Below are positions 9,460-18,805 of a stretch of 38,006 nt of DNA, piece after piece. The stretch comes from a virus (lineage: Duplodnaviria > Heunggongvirae > Uroviricota > Caudoviricetes), in the IMG/VR virus record IMGVR_UViG_2778261277_000017, positions 1 through 38,006 of that record; one strand, written 5' to 3'. Below the pieces are notes generated by a model. It ran no database searches. It was given only the letters and a program-made list of their open reading frames with translations, and was not told where the DNA came from. The stretch's first letter is position 1; each line of letters opens with the position of its first letter. The position numbers were made by a program, and so were the translations under genes.

Positions 9460-10267
9460 GTTAGCTGATTACAGGCCTCAACTGGAGGTCGTGGAGCATC
9501 GCGTGGCAGATACCGAAGATGGTTTCATGCGCGTTGCTAACGAGATTACCGACAGTCTGCTGATGGCTGATTTAACCGTCCGGCAGTTGAAGGTGATGCT
9601 CGCTATCATGCGCAAGACATACGGATTCAATAAGCCGATGGATCGACTCACAAACACGCAGATAGCAGCCATGACAGGTATTCATCACACTCATGTTTGC
9701 GCTGCCAAGCGCCAGCTTATTGAGCGTAAATTCCTCATTGCTGATGGCGTGAAAATCGGAGTGAACAAGGTGGTTTCTCAGTGGATTAGCCAGGACAGCT
9801 TAACATTAGCTAAAACAGCTAATAAAACATTAGCCAAGTCGGCTAATGGGTATAAGCCAAGTCAGCTAAACACAAAAGACAATATACAAAAGACAATAAA
9901 TACAAATACCCCCTTACCCCCTAACGGGGGCGGCGATGGGCAGGTTAAACCTGAACGTCGCAAGGCAGAACGAATCGACTACGAATCCTTCCTGAACGCC
10001 TACAACACCGAAGTCGGTGACAGACTTCCACACGCTGTTGCGGTCAACGAGAAACGAAAACGCCGCCTGAAGAAAATCATCCCGCAACTGAAAACGCCAA
10101 ACGTGGACGGTTTCAGAGCGTATGTCAGGGCGTTTGTGCATCAGGCCAAGCCGTTTTACTTCGGAGACAACGACACGGGCTGGACGGCTGATTTTGATTA
10201 CCTGCTGAGAGAAGATTCGTTAACGGGAGTTCGTGAAGGGAAGTTTGCAGACAGGGGGATTGCATGA
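9446..10267 (+). CDS. Replication initiator, phage O-like
   Basis: N-terminal region [34 protein letters not shown] resembles the lambda O DNA-binding domain as recalled; AGGAG Shine-Dalgarno; ATGA overlap with the downstream helicase. Confidence 0.8.
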   Translation: MGVVKLADYRPQLEVVEHRVADTEDGFMRVANEITDSLLMADLTVRQLKVMLAIMRKTYGFNKPMDRLTNTQIAAMTGIHHTHVCAAKRQLIERKFLIADGVKIGVNKVVSQWISQDSLTLAKTANKTLAKSANGYKPSQLNTKDNIQKTINTNTPLPPNGGGDGQVKPERRKAERIDYESFLNAYNTEVGDRLPHAVAVNEKRKRRLKKIIPQLKTPNVDGFRAYVRAFVHQAKPFYFGDNDTGWTADFDYLLREDSLTGVREGKFADRGIA

Positions 10268-11640
10268 AACAGGATATCGAAGCGAGCGTTATCGGTGGCC
10301 TGCTGATTGGTGGATTAACACCAACTGCCAGTGACGTTCTGGCAACGCTTGAGCCGGAAGCGTTTTCAATTCCGCTCTACCGGAAAGCCTTCGAGGTTAT
10401 CCGCAAGCAGGCGCGAAACAGAAATTTAATCGACGCGCTGATGGTCGCCGAGGCGTGCGGAGAGGAGCATTTCACGTCAATCCTGATGACCAGCAAAAAC
10501 TGCCCGAGTGCCGCAAACCTGAAGGGATATGCCGGAATGGTCGCGGATAACTATCACCGCCGTCTGGTGCTGGAAATCATGGATGAAATGCGTGAACCAA
10601 TTCAGAGCGGAACCATCGACGCATCGAGTCAGGCGATGGATGAGCTTGTAAAGCGTCTTTCAGCCATCAGAAAGCCCCGTGACGAGGTTAAACCTGTACG
10701 GTTAGGGGAAATCATCACCGACTACACTGACACGCTTGACAGGCGTCTGAGGAACGGAGAAGAGTCAGATACCCTGAAGACCGGAATCGAAGAACTTGAT
10801 GCCATCACCGGAGGGATGAACGCGGAAGACCTGGTGATAATCGCTGCTCGTCCTGGTATGGGGAAAACCGAACTGGCGCTGAAGATTGCCGAAGGCGTTG
10901 CAAGCCGCGTTATTCCTGGTTCTGACGTCCGGCGCGGGGTATTGATTTTCTCAATGGAAATGAGCGCATTGCAGATTGCAGAGCGAAGCATTGCCAACGC
11001 CGGGAGGATGTCGGTTAGCGTACTGCGAAATCCTGCATCGATGGATGACGAGGGCTGGGCACGTGTTGCTAACGGCATGAGTCAGCTTGCAGATTTGGAT
11101 GTATGGGTAGTCGATGCCTCGCGGTTATCGGTCGAAGAAATTCGCTCAATCGCAGAACGGCACAAACAGGAAAATCCAAATCTGTCACTCATCATGGCGG
11201 ATTATCTTGGCCTGATTGAGAAGCCGAAAGCAGACCGCAACGACCTCGCAATTGCTCACATCTCAGGAAGCCTGAAGGCGATGGCGAAAGACCTGAAAAC
11301 GCCTGTTATCTCCCTAAGTCAACTTTCGCGCGATGTTGAGAAGCGACCAAACAAACGCCCGACAAACGCAGATTTGCGTGATTCAGGAAGCATTGAACAG
11401 GACGCAGACTCAATCATCATGCTCTATCGGGAAGCGGTATATGACGAGAACAGTAGCGCCGCGCCATTTGCTGAAATCATCGTGACGAAAAACCGTTTTG
11501 GCTCACTTGGTACGGTTTACCAGCGGTTCTGCAACGGACACTTTGTTGCATGTGACCAGGATGAAGCCAGACAGATTTGCACAGCATCAAATGCACCTGC
11601 TGCTCGTGGCAGACGATATGCACAAGGGGCTGACGTATGA
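10264..11640 (+). CDS. Replicative DNA helicase, DnaB family (in place of lambda P)
   Basis: 458-aa ORF with Walker A ([16 protein letters not shown]) and overall DnaB-like architecture. Confidence 0.9.
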   Translation: MKQDIEASVIGGLLIGGLTPTASDVLATLEPEAFSIPLYRKAFEVIRKQARNRNLIDALMVAEACGEEHFTSILMTSKNCPSAANLKGYAGMVADNYHRRLVLEIMDEMREPIQSGTIDASSQAMDELVKRLSAIRKPRDEVKPVRLGEIITDYTDTLDRRLRNGEESDTLKTGIEELDAITGGMNAEDLVIIAARPGMGKTELALKIAEGVASRVIPGSDVRRGVLIFSMEMSALQIAERSIANAGRMSVSVLRNPASMDDEGWARVANGMSQLADLDVWVVDASRLSVEEIRSIAERHKQENPNLSLIMADYLGLIEKPKADRNDLAIAHISGSLKAMAKDLKTPVISLSQLSRDVEKRPNKRPTNADLRDSGSIEQDADSIIMLYREAVYDENSSAAPFAEIIVTKNRFGSLGTVYQRFCNGHFVACDQDEARQICTASNAPAARGRRYAQGADV

Positions 11641-11665
11641 CCATCTACATCACTGAGCTTGTAAC

Positions 11666-11697
11666 AGGCCTGCTGGTAATCGCAGGCCTTTTTATTT
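11666..11697 (+). terminator. Rho-independent terminator after the helicase gene
   Basis: AGGCCTGC / GCAGGCCT 8-bp stem (11666-11689) followed by TTTTTATTT. Confidence 0.5.
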
Positions 11698-11713
11698 GGG
11701 GGAGAGGGAAGTC

Positions 11714-12154
11714 ATGAAAAAACTAACCTTTGAAATTCGATCTCCAGCACATCAGCAAAACGCTATTCACGCGGTACAGCAAATTCTTCCAGACCCAACC
11801 AAACCAATCGTAGTAACCATTCAGGAACGCAACCGCAGCTTAGACCAGAATCGAAAGCTTTGGGCTTGCCTTGGTGACGTCTCTCGTCAGGTTGAATGGC
11901 ATGGTCGCTGGCTGGATGCAGAAAGCTGGAAGTGTGTGTTTACCGCAGCATTAAAGCAGCAGGATGTTGTTCCTAACCTTGCCGGGAATGGCTTTGTGGT
12001 AATAGGCCAGTCAACCAGCAGGATGCGTGTAAGCGAATTTGCGGAGCTATTAGAGCTTATACAGGCATTCGGTACAGAGCGTGGCGTTAAGTGGTCGGAC
12101 GAAGCGCGACTGGCTCTCGAATGGAAAGCGCGATGGGGAGACAGGGCGGCATGA
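11714..12154 (+). CDS. ninB: NinB (Orf) recombination protein
   Basis: 146-aa translation [56 protein letters not shown]... matches recalled lambda NinB; GAGGGA Shine-Dalgarno. Confidence 0.9.
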   Translation: MKKLTFEIRSPAHQQNAIHAVQQILPDPTKPIVVTIQERNRSLDQNRKLWACLGDVSRQVEWHGRWLDAESWKCVFTAALKQQDVVPNLAGNGFVVIGQSTSRMRVSEFAELLELIQAFGTERGVKWSDEARLALEWKARWGDRAA

Positions 12155-12333
12155 GACGACAGCGACGAAGTATCACCGACATCATCTGCGAAAACTGCAA
12201 ATACCTTCCAACGAAACGCTCCAGAAATAAACGCAAGCCAATCCCAAAAGAATCTGACGTAAAAACCTTCAACTACACGGCTCACCTGTGGGATATCCGG
12301 TGGCTAAGACATCGTGCGAGGAATACAAGGTGA
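12151..12333 (+). CDS. ninD: NinD-like small zinc-finger protein
   Basis: [60 protein letters not shown]; ATGA overlap with ninB. No ninC-sized gene between ninB and ninD. Confidence 0.8.
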   Translation: MRRQRRSITDIICENCKYLPTKRSRNKRKPIPKESDVKTFNYTAHLWDIRWLRHRARNTR

Positions 12334-12500
12334 TTGACCCAAATCGAAGTTACGAACAAGAAAGCGTCGAGCGGGCTTTAACGTGCGCTAATTGCGGTCA
12401 GAAGCTGCATGTGCTGGAAGTTCACGTGTGTGAGTACTGCTGTGCAGAGCTGATGAGCGATTCGAATAGCTCGATGCACGAGGAAGAAGATGATGGCTAA
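12288..12500 (+). CDS. ninE: NinE-like protein (start codon uncertain; GTG candidates at 12288, 12300 and 12330)
   Basis: Translation ...[55 protein letters not shown]; overlaps the ninD 3' end. Confidence 0.7.
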   Translation: MGYPVAKTSCEEYKVIDPNRSYEQESVERALTCANCGQKLHVLEVHVCEYCCAELMSDSNSSMHEEEDDG

Positions 12501-13104
12501 ACCAGCGCGAAGACGATGTAAAAACGATGAATGTCGGGAATGGTTTCACCCTGCATTCGCTAATCAGTGGTGGTGCTCTCCAGAGTGTGGAACCAAGATA
12601 GCACTCGAACGACGAAGTAAAGAACGCGAAAAAGCGGAAAAAGCAGCAGAGAAGAAACGACGACGAGAGGAGCAGAAACAGAAAGATAAACTTAAGATTA
12701 GAAAACTCGCCTTAAAGCCCCGCAGTTACTGGATTAAACAAGCCCAACAAGCCGTAAACGCCTTCATCAGAGAAAGAGACCGCGACTTACCATGTATCTC
12801 ATGCGGAACGATCACGTCTGCTCAGTGGGATGCCGGACATTACCGGACAACTGCTGCGGCACCTCAACTCCGATTTGATGAACGCAATATTCACAAGCAA
12901 TGCGTGGTGTGCAACCAGCACAAAAGCGGAAATCTCGTTCCGTATCGCGTCGAACTGATTAGCCGCATCGGGCAGGAAGCAGTAGACGAAATCGAATCAA
13001 ACCATAACCGCCATCGCTGGACTATCGAAGAGTGCAAGGCGATCAAGGCGGAGTATCAACAGAAACTTAAAAAACTGCGAAACAGCAGAAGTGAGGCTGC
13101 ATGA
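12490..13104 (+). CDS. ninG: NinG (Rap) recombination endonuclease
   Basis: 204-aa ORF with Cys-rich N-terminus ([25 protein letters not shown]), the same length as recalled for lambda ninG. No ninF-like ORF precedes it. Confidence 0.9.
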   Translation: MMAKPARRRCKNDECREWFHPAFANQWWCSPECGTKIALERRSKEREKAEKAAEKKRRREEQKQKDKLKIRKLALKPRSYWIKQAQQAVNAFIRERDRDLPCISCGTITSAQWDAGHYRTTAAAPQLRFDERNIHKQCVVCNQHKSGNLVPYRVELISRIGQEAVDEIESNHNRHRWTIEECKAIKAEYQQKLKKLRNSRSEAA

Positions 13105-13773
13105 ATATCTACGAAAGAATTGATGGCAGCAAATACCGAAATATTTGGGTAGTTGGCGATCTGCACGGATGCTACACGAACCTGATGAACAAACTGGATA
13201 CGATTGGATTCGACAACGAAAAAGACCTGCTTATCTCGGTGGGCGATTTGGTTGATCGTGGTGCAGAGAACGTTGAATGCCTGGAATTAATCACATTCCC
13301 CCTGGTTCAGAGCTGTACGTGGAAACCATGAGCAAATGATGATTGATGGCTTATCAGAGCGTGGAAACGTTAATCACTGGCTGCTTAATGGCGGTGGCTG
13401 GTTCTTTAATCTCGATTACGACAAAGAAATTCTGGCTAAAGCTCTTGCCCATAAAGCAGAAGAACTTCCGTTAATCATCGAACTGGTGAGCAAAGGTAAA
13501 AAATATGTCATCTGCCACGCCGATTATCCTTGTGACGAATACGAATTTGGAAAGCCAGTTGATCATCAGCAGGTAATCTGGAACCGCGAACGAATCAGCA
13601 ACTCACAAGACGGGATCGTTAAAGAAATTAAAGGCGCGGACACGTTTATCTTTGGTCATACGCCAGCAGTGAAACCACTCAAATTTGCCAACCAGATGTA
13701 TATCGATACTGGGGCAGTGTTCTGCGGAAATCTCACATTGATTCAGGTACAGGGAGAAGGCGCGTGGGCATAA
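13101..13773 (+). pseudogene. ninI: ninI-like serine/threonine protein phosphatase, interrupted by a frameshift
   Basis: Two adjacent ORFs (13101-13331 and 13336-13773) jointly carry the metallophosphatase motifs (GDLHGC, GDLVDRG, GNHE region). Reading frame breaks at a run of five C at 13307-13311. Confidence 0.75.
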
Positions 13774-14252
13774 GAGAACTAAACCTCACCAAAGAACAGC
13801 ACGAGTGGCTGAATGGCTGGCTTGAACTGTGGGGCGCATGGGTTTATTCAGGTCGTCTGGAAAAGCGCATGAGCAGCGTAATAGCTAAGTTCATGGAGAG
13901 CGTAGAGCCGGGAAGAGTTATGACAAGGCCAATGTGTAATGATGATGATGGAATGTTGATTTCTCAGGTCGTCGATTCCGTCATGTACATTGACAAGAAA
14001 GCCTTTGGCATCCTCCTCAGCTACTACGCCCACGGCTCTTCCAAGCACGCCATTGCATCTTACTATCATCGCGTCGCAAGACCTCGCAAGATGTTATGCC
14101 GGGGCGGCGGGCGCATTCAAAAACCATCGCTCGCAACCTGTCGACGGGAAGTTGACGAAATCCTCAATGCCTCGTTGTTTATGATTTACCCGGTTCTGGA
14201 TGGTGCGTTTAAAAACCGGAAACGTGTAGAGAAAATTAAACATGTAGCATAG
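13764..14252 (+). CDS. Putative late antiterminator Q (non-lambda type), assigned by position
   Basis: 162-aa ORF with GTG start and GGAGAAGG Shine-Dalgarno, between the nin genes and the late promoter/lysis cassette. Sequence is not lambda Q. Assignment is by synteny only. Confidence 0.5.
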   Translation: MGIRELNLTKEQHEWLNGWLELWGAWVYSGRLEKRMSSVIAKFMESVEPGRVMTRPMCNDDDGMLISQVVDSVMYIDKKAFGILLSYYAHGSSKHAIASYYHRVARPRKMLCRGGGRIQKPSLATCRREVDEILNASLFMIYPVLDGAFKNRKRVEKIKHVA

Positions 14253-14258
14253 AACGTG

Positions 14259-14340
14259 TTGACATCATTGAGCAAATGAGCAACACTATTCGCATAAGCT
14301 GCCGTTAGTGACTCTTAAGTTGCAACGGTGGCTTTTTTTA
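14259..14340 (+). promoter_or_regulatory. Candidate late promoter (pR'-like) and T-tract terminator downstream of the Q-like gene
   Basis: Perfect -35 TTGACA at 14259-14264 but no good -10 match; weak hairpin followed by TTTTTTTATTT at about 14330-14343. Confidence 0.35.
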
Positions 14341-14343
14341 TTT

Positions 14344-14418
14344 GGGTCAGTCGTATAAAGGTCATTACGGAAGGCTGTTAACCTTCTTATCGTGGTTCGA
14401 GTCCACGCTGTCCCGCCA
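14344..14418 (+). tRNA. tRNA gene, anticodon loop CUGUUAA (anticodon GUU, Asn-like)
   Basis: Hand fold: acceptor GGGTCAG/CTGTCCC (one mismatch), T-arm CGTGG-TTCGAGT-CCACG, anticodon arm GAAGG-CTGTTAA-CCTTC, encoded 3' CCA. Confidence 0.7.
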
Positions 14419-14423
14419 AATAT

Positions 14424-14499
14424 GCTGGTTTAGCTCCAATGGTAGAGCAGTCGCCTTGTAAGCGAATGGGTAGCGGTTCAAGTCCGTTAACCAGCACCA
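14424..14499 (+). tRNA. tRNA gene, anticodon loop CUUGUAA (anticodon UGU, Thr-like)
   Basis: Hand fold: 7-bp acceptor GCTGGTT/AACCAGC, D-arm TAGCTC..GAGCA, T-loop GGTTCAAGTCC, encoded CCA. Confidence 0.7.
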
Positions 14500-14618
14500 T
14501 AACTGAGCCGTAGCCACTGGCTATCATGAATTCATCAGTGATAGTTACGCTGCGGCCTTCTTTTTTTCCCCTTCCCAATATAAGAACTACGCAATCCGTT
14601 ACTGGCGGAGGCGTTGCT

Positions 14619-14834
14619 ATGAAATCAATGGACAAAATCTCAACTGGCATTGCCTACGGAACATCTGCTGGTAGTGCGGGATACTGGTTTTTGCAGTGGT
14701 TGGATCAGGTCAGTCCGTCACAGTGGGCTGCGATTGGAGTGCTTGGAAGCCTTGTGTTGGGTTTTCTCACTTATCTGACAAATCTGTATTTCAAAATCAG
14801 AGAAGACAGACGAAAGGCTGCGAGAGGTGAATAA
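14619..14834 (+). CDS. S: Pinholin, phage-21 S21 type, with dual-start motif
   Basis: 71-aa [71 protein letters not shown]; two transmembrane segments; Met1/Met4 dual start; GGAGG Shine-Dalgarno. Confidence 0.9.
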   Translation: MKSMDKISTGIAYGTSAGSAGYWFLQWLDQVSPSQWAAIGVLGSLVLGFLTYLTNLYFKIREDRRKAARGE

Positions 14835-15331
14835 TGCCTCCATCATTACGAAAAGCCGTTGCTGCTGCTATTGGTGGCGGGGCTATTGCCATAGCATCTG
14901 TGTTAATCACTGGCCCAAGTGGTAACGATGGTCTGGAAGGTGTGAGACATAATCCTTACAAAGACATAGTTGGTGTATGGACTGTATGTTACGGGCATAC
15001 AGGAAAAGACATCATTCCCGGTAAAACGTATACCGAAGCAGAATGCAAAGCCCTCCTGAATAAAGACCTTGCCACGGTCGCCAGACAAATTAACCCGTAC
15101 ATCAAAGTCGATATACCGGAAACAACGCGCGGCGCTCTTTACTCGTTCGTCTACAACGTGGGTGCTGGCAATTTCAGAACATCGACGCTTCTTCGCAAAA
15201 TAAACCAGGGCGATATCAAAGGCGCATGTGACCAGCTACGTCGCTGGACATACGCTGGCGGTAAGCAATGGAAAGGGCTGATGACTCGCCGTGAGATTGA
15301 GCGTGAAGTCTGTTTGTGGGGGCAGCAATGA
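14834..15331 (+). CDS. R: SAR endolysin (lysozyme with N-terminal signal-anchor-release domain), phage-21 R21 type
   Basis: 165-aa [30 protein letters not shown]... with Gly/Ala-rich SAR segment, then a T4-lysozyme-like domain. Confidence 0.95.
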   Translation: MPPSLRKAVAAAIGGGAIAIASVLITGPSGNDGLEGVRHNPYKDIVGVWTVCYGHTGKDIIPGKTYTEAECKALLNKDLATVARQINPYIKVDIPETTRGALYSFVYNVGAGNFRTSTLLRKINQGDIKGACDQLRRWTYAGGKQWKGLMTRREIEREVCLWGQQ

Positions 15332-15771
15332 GCAGGTTAACCGCGATTATCTCCGCTCTGGTTATCTGCATCATCGTCTGCCTGTCATGGGCTGTTAATC
15401 ATTACCGTGATAACGCCATCGCCTACAAAGAGCAGCGCGATAAAGCCACGTACATCATCGCTGACATGCAGAAGCGTCAACGTGATGTAGCAGAACTCGA
15501 CGCCAGATACACAAAGGAGCTTGCTGATGCTAACGCGACTATCGAAAGTATTCGTGCTGATGTTTCTGCTGGTCGTAAGTGGCTGCGCGTCAAAGCAGTC
15601 TGTCCGGACATGCATAAAACCACCGCCGCCTCCGGCGTGGATGATGGCGCCAGCCCCAGACTTACTGACACCGCTCAACGGGATTATTTCGTTCTCAGAG
15701 AGCGCATCGAAACCATAACTAACCAATTGAATGGCCTGCAAGAGTATGTGAGATCACAGTGTTCATATTAG
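15328..15771 (+). CDS. Rz: Rz i-spanin
   Basis: ATGA overlap with R; N-terminal transmembrane segment ([20 protein letters not shown]) and coiled-coil periplasmic domain. Confidence 0.85.
   Translation: MSRLTAIISALVICIIVCLSWAVNHYRDNAIAYKEQRDKATYIIADMQKRQRDVAELDARYTKELADANATIESIRADVSAGRKWLRVKAVCPDMHKTTAASGVDDGASPRLTDTAQRDYFVLRERIETITNQLNGLQEYVRSQCSY
15521..15718 (+). CDS. Rz1: Rz1 o-spanin lipoprotein, embedded in Rz in the +1 frame
   Basis: Lipobox LVVSGC and proline-rich body ([26 protein letters not shown]); lies wholly inside Rz. Confidence 0.8.
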   Translation: MLMLTRLSKVFVLMFLLVVSGCASKQSVRTCIKPPPPPAWMMAPAPDLLTPLNGIISFSESASKP

Positions 15772-16184
15772 AAAAGTCTTATCATAAGATTTTTGTATAT
15801 GGATGCATTATGTCTCAATACGCGCGCGCCGCTTTAATTGCTTATTATTTGGTTGCTGATAATTCAATATCCCCGCGTGATGCATGGGATGCTGCTGTCG
15901 CTGAGGTTACAGAAAGCGAATCGGCAAGAAAGAAGGGATGCCCAAGGGCAACGTTTCTCGCTCTGGCGGATAGCGGTTATCTGAAGAATGTAAAACCACA
16001 TCATGGGGAGAAAAAGATCGGTAAGTTGTACCAAAGGGCAATTGAAGTTGCGAATCTGATTCTTGATTTACCCGGAATTAGCAAAGCTGAGCTAGTTGAT
16101 AAAACTTGCTATAAAGACAGGCAAGGGTCTTATGACATTGCTCTAACTCTCGCTCAGCACGGATTACTCCAGCGTCCTCAATAA
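15759..16184 (+). CDS. Hypothetical protein after the lysis cassette (start uncertain: GTG 15759 or ATG 15810)
   Basis: 124-141-aa ORF with its own downstream terminator. AT-rich. No family recognised. Confidence 0.5.
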   Translation: MFILEKSYHKIFVYGCIMSQYARAALIAYYLVADNSISPRDAWDAAVAEVTESESARKKGCPRATFLALADSGYLKNVKPHHGEKKIGKLYQRAIEVANLILDLPGISKAELVDKTCYKDRQGSYDIALTLAQHGLLQRPQ

Positions 16185-16201
16185 GATATTAAGTGATTTA
16201 T

Positions 16202-16226
16202 GGCCTCGCTTTTAGCGGGGCCTTTT
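16202..16226 (+). terminator. Rho-independent terminator
   Basis: GGCCTCGC-TTTTA-GCGGGGCC hairpin (8 bp including one G.U) followed by TTTT. Confidence 0.5.
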
Positions 16227-16409
16227 CACATCTGAATTTCAACGCGCATCTCAGCGCACAATAACCACCTGACCATTTGGAATGAGTCGTTGAAGATACC
16301 TGCAGAGTAGACAGAAAAACCAGCAGAATAAACAACAGAGTAACGAATTAGCTAGCAGGAATGATTGGCCATCAACTACAGCAGTTCCGATTTGATGGCC
16401 ACAAAAAAG

Positions 16410-16598
16410 TTAGTTCAGATCGGCAACGTAGTTGGTAGCTTCGAGATTAGTGATACTAAATTCTGACGCCAAAATACGAGCAAGCTCTTCTTTCGAGCTT
16501 GCTGTGCGGTTTTGATTAGACCAGGCGATCAAGTAAAAACCATTGCTCTTCGCAAGCATGATTTGTATTGCATTGATAGTTATGTAGTAACTGTCCAA
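16410..16598 (-). CDS. Possible small antisense ORF (62 aa, TTG start); may be non-coding
   Basis: ORF with TTG start and GAGGT about 10 nt upstream; no recognisable domain. Confidence 0.25.
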   Translation of the reverse strand: MDSYYITINAIQIMLAKSNGFYLIAWSNQNRTASSKEELARILASEFSITNLEATNYVADLN

Positions 16599-16628
16599 GA
16601 ATAAATTACCTCAGTGTTAGGAAAAGTA

Positions 16629-17180
16629 ATGGCACTCACCGACAAGCAAGAAATGTTCTGTCGCGAGTACCTCATCGATTTAAACGCCACGCAAGCGGCT
16701 ATTCGGGCGGGGTACAGCGCAAAGACAGCTAACCGTACCGCATCCGAAAACTTGTCAAAACCTGACATCAAGTTAAGAATCGCCGAACTGAAAGCGCAAC
16801 GCAATGATCTTGTTGGTATTAATGCAGAATATGTACTTAATCGCCTTCTTGAAATCGACCAGATGGATGTGCTCGACATTCTCCTGCAAAACGGTGAGCT
16901 AAAACCCATTAAAGACTGGCCTAAGGTATGGCGCACAACGCTATCAGGAATGGATGTCGTGGAGATGGTATCCGCAGATAGCGCCGCACTTCTGAAGAAA
17001 ATCAAATGGCCTGATAAGGTTAAAAACCTTGAGTTACTTGGGCGCCATGTTTCTGTTCAGGCGTTTAAAGACAACGTCAAAAATGAAGTGACTGGCGCTG
17101 ATGGAGGACCAGTCAGAACAGAAATTACCAACTTAACGCCGGAGCAGGCTGCAGAGGCGTATAGAAAAATGATGGGCTAA
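16629..17180 (+). CDS. Terminase small subunit
   Basis: [30 protein letters not shown]... is the typical N-terminal HTH of small terminase subunits; directly precedes the large-subunit gene. Confidence 0.8.
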   Translation: MALTDKQEMFCREYLIDLNATQAAIRAGYSAKTANRTASENLSKPDIKLRIAELKAQRNDLVGINAEYVLNRLLEIDQMDVLDILLQNGELKPIKDWPKVWRTTLSGMDVVEMVSADSAALLKKIKWPDKVKNLELLGRHVSVQAFKDNVKNEVTGADGGPVRTEITNLTPEQAAEAYRKMMG

Positions 17181-17182
17181 GT

Positions 17183-18805
17183 ATGCCGTTACCATTCCCC
17201 TTCGATTTTAAACATCCTGATTACCAGATGGTTTTTGAATGGCGGATGGAACGCCTACAGCGCATTCGCCAGAATCCTGAAATATTGCCTGCACTAAAAC
17301 AGTTTTACCGAACCAATCCGGCTCAGTTCATCATCGACTGGGGCATGACAACGGACCCGCGTAATATTGATTATGGCCTGCCGGTGACCATTCCGTTTTT
17401 ACTCTTCCCTAAGCAGGAGGAGTGGATCCACTGGATTATGGAACGCTGGAGCAATCGGGAGAATGGTATTACCGAAAAATCCCGTGAAATGGGGCTCAGT
17501 TGGACCGCGATCGGACTGGCCTGCTCGCTTTGTCTCTTCAACAAAGAAATGGTTATCGGTTTCGGTTCCCGTAAAGAGGAATACGTCGACAGCACCGGTG
17601 ACCCGAAAGCATTGTTCTGGAAGGCGCGCAAGTTCGTGGAAACGCTACCTGTAGAGTTTCGCGGTTCGTGGAGCGAGAAGAAGCATGCGCCATATATGCG
17701 TGTTGAGTTTCCTGAAACTGGTGCCGTTATCAAAGGCGAGGCTGGCGATAATATTGGTCGTGGTGACCGTACCACGCTTTATCTGGTTGATGAGGCTGCA
17801 TTCCTTCAGCGTCCTCTGCTGATTGATGCGGCGTTGTCACAAACGACGCGTTGCCGTATCGACCTGAGTTCAGTTAACGGCATGGCTAACCCGTTCGCTC
17901 AGAAGCGTCATGGCGGGAAGATACCGGTATTCACATTCCACTGGCGGGATGATCCTCGCAAGGATGAAGAGTGGTATCGCAGGGAATGCGAGAAAATCGA
18001 TAATCCGGTGGTGGTGGCACAGGAACTTGATCTGAACTACAGCGCATCAGCGGAAGGCGTCCTGATTCCATCAGAATGGGTACAGGCTGCCGTTGATGCG
18101 CATATCAAACTGGGTATCCAGCCAACAGGCAAACGACTTGGCGCGATGGATGTCGCCGACGAAGGCAGGGACAAAAATGCCTTTTCCACCCGTCATGGCT
18201 TCCTCCTGGAAAATGTGCGGGAATGGTCCGGTGTGGGCAGCGACATTTATCAGTCCGTCGAGAAGGTCTTCGGTTTTTGCGAACAGGACAACCTCGAAGA
18301 GTTTCGCTTTGACGAGGACGGGCTGGGCGCTGGCGTTCGCGGCGATGCGCGCGCTATCAACGAACTGCGTAACGCTGCGCGCCGACCGTCAATACTCGCC
18401 ACACCGTTTCGAGGTAGTGGCGCGGTATTTGATCCGGATGATGAAGCTGTTCGCGGGGACAACGGGCAAGCCGCACGTCTGAACAAGGACTTCTTCGCTA
18501 ACGCCAAAGCCCAGAGCTGGTGGCGGTTACGTAAACTTTTTCAGAATACCTGGCGCGCCGTGGTTGAAGGTATGGCTTACAACCCGGACGAAATCATCTC
18601 AATCAGCAGTAGCATGGCGCTCAAAGATAAACTCATCATCGAGCTTTCGCAGCCGACCTATTCCATTAATGGTGTGGGAAAAATCGTTATTGATAAACAG
18701 CCTGATGGAACCCGGTCGCCAAACCTTGCCGACTCGGTGATGATCAACTATGCCCCAATGAATTCAGCCCTGAACATCTGGGAGCTGCTAGGGAGACAGG
18801 CCTGA
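17183..18805 (+). CDS. Terminase large subunit
   Basis: 540-aa ORF between terS and portal; Walker B-like [10 protein letters not shown] and deviant Walker A-like [10 protein letters not shown]. Confidence 0.75.
   Translation: MPLPFPFDFKHPDYQMVFEWRMERLQRIRQNPEILPALKQFYRTNPAQFIIDWGMTTDPRNIDYGLPVTIPFLLFPKQEEWIHWIMERWSNRENGITEKSREMGLSWTAIGLACSLCLFNKEMVIGFGSRKEEYVDSTGDPKALFWKARKFVETLPVEFRGSWSEKKHAPYMRVEFPETGAVIKGEAGDNIGRGDRTTLYLVDEAAFLQRPLLIDAALSQTTRCRIDLSSVNGMANPFAQKRHGGKIPVFTFHWRDDPRKDEEWYRRECEKIDNPVVVAQELDLNYSASAEGVLIPSEWVQAAVDAHIKLGIQPTGKRLGAMDVADEGRDKNAFSTRHGFLLENVREWSGVGSDIYQSVEKVFGFCEQDNLEEFRFDEDGLGAGVRGDARAINELRNAARRPSILATPFRGSGAVFDPDDEAVRGDNGQAARLNKDFFANAKAQSWWRLRKLFQNTWRAVVEGMAYNPDEIISISSSMALKDKLIIELSQPTYSINGVGKIVIDKQPDGTRSPNLADSVMINYAPMNSALNIWELLGRQA

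Noticed and set aside
14526-14618. N-terminal extension of the holin ORF in the six-frame track (102-aa version)
   Set aside because: The extension runs through the tRNA-adjacent leader; the Shine-Dalgarno and the MKSMDK dual-start motif place the real start at 14619.
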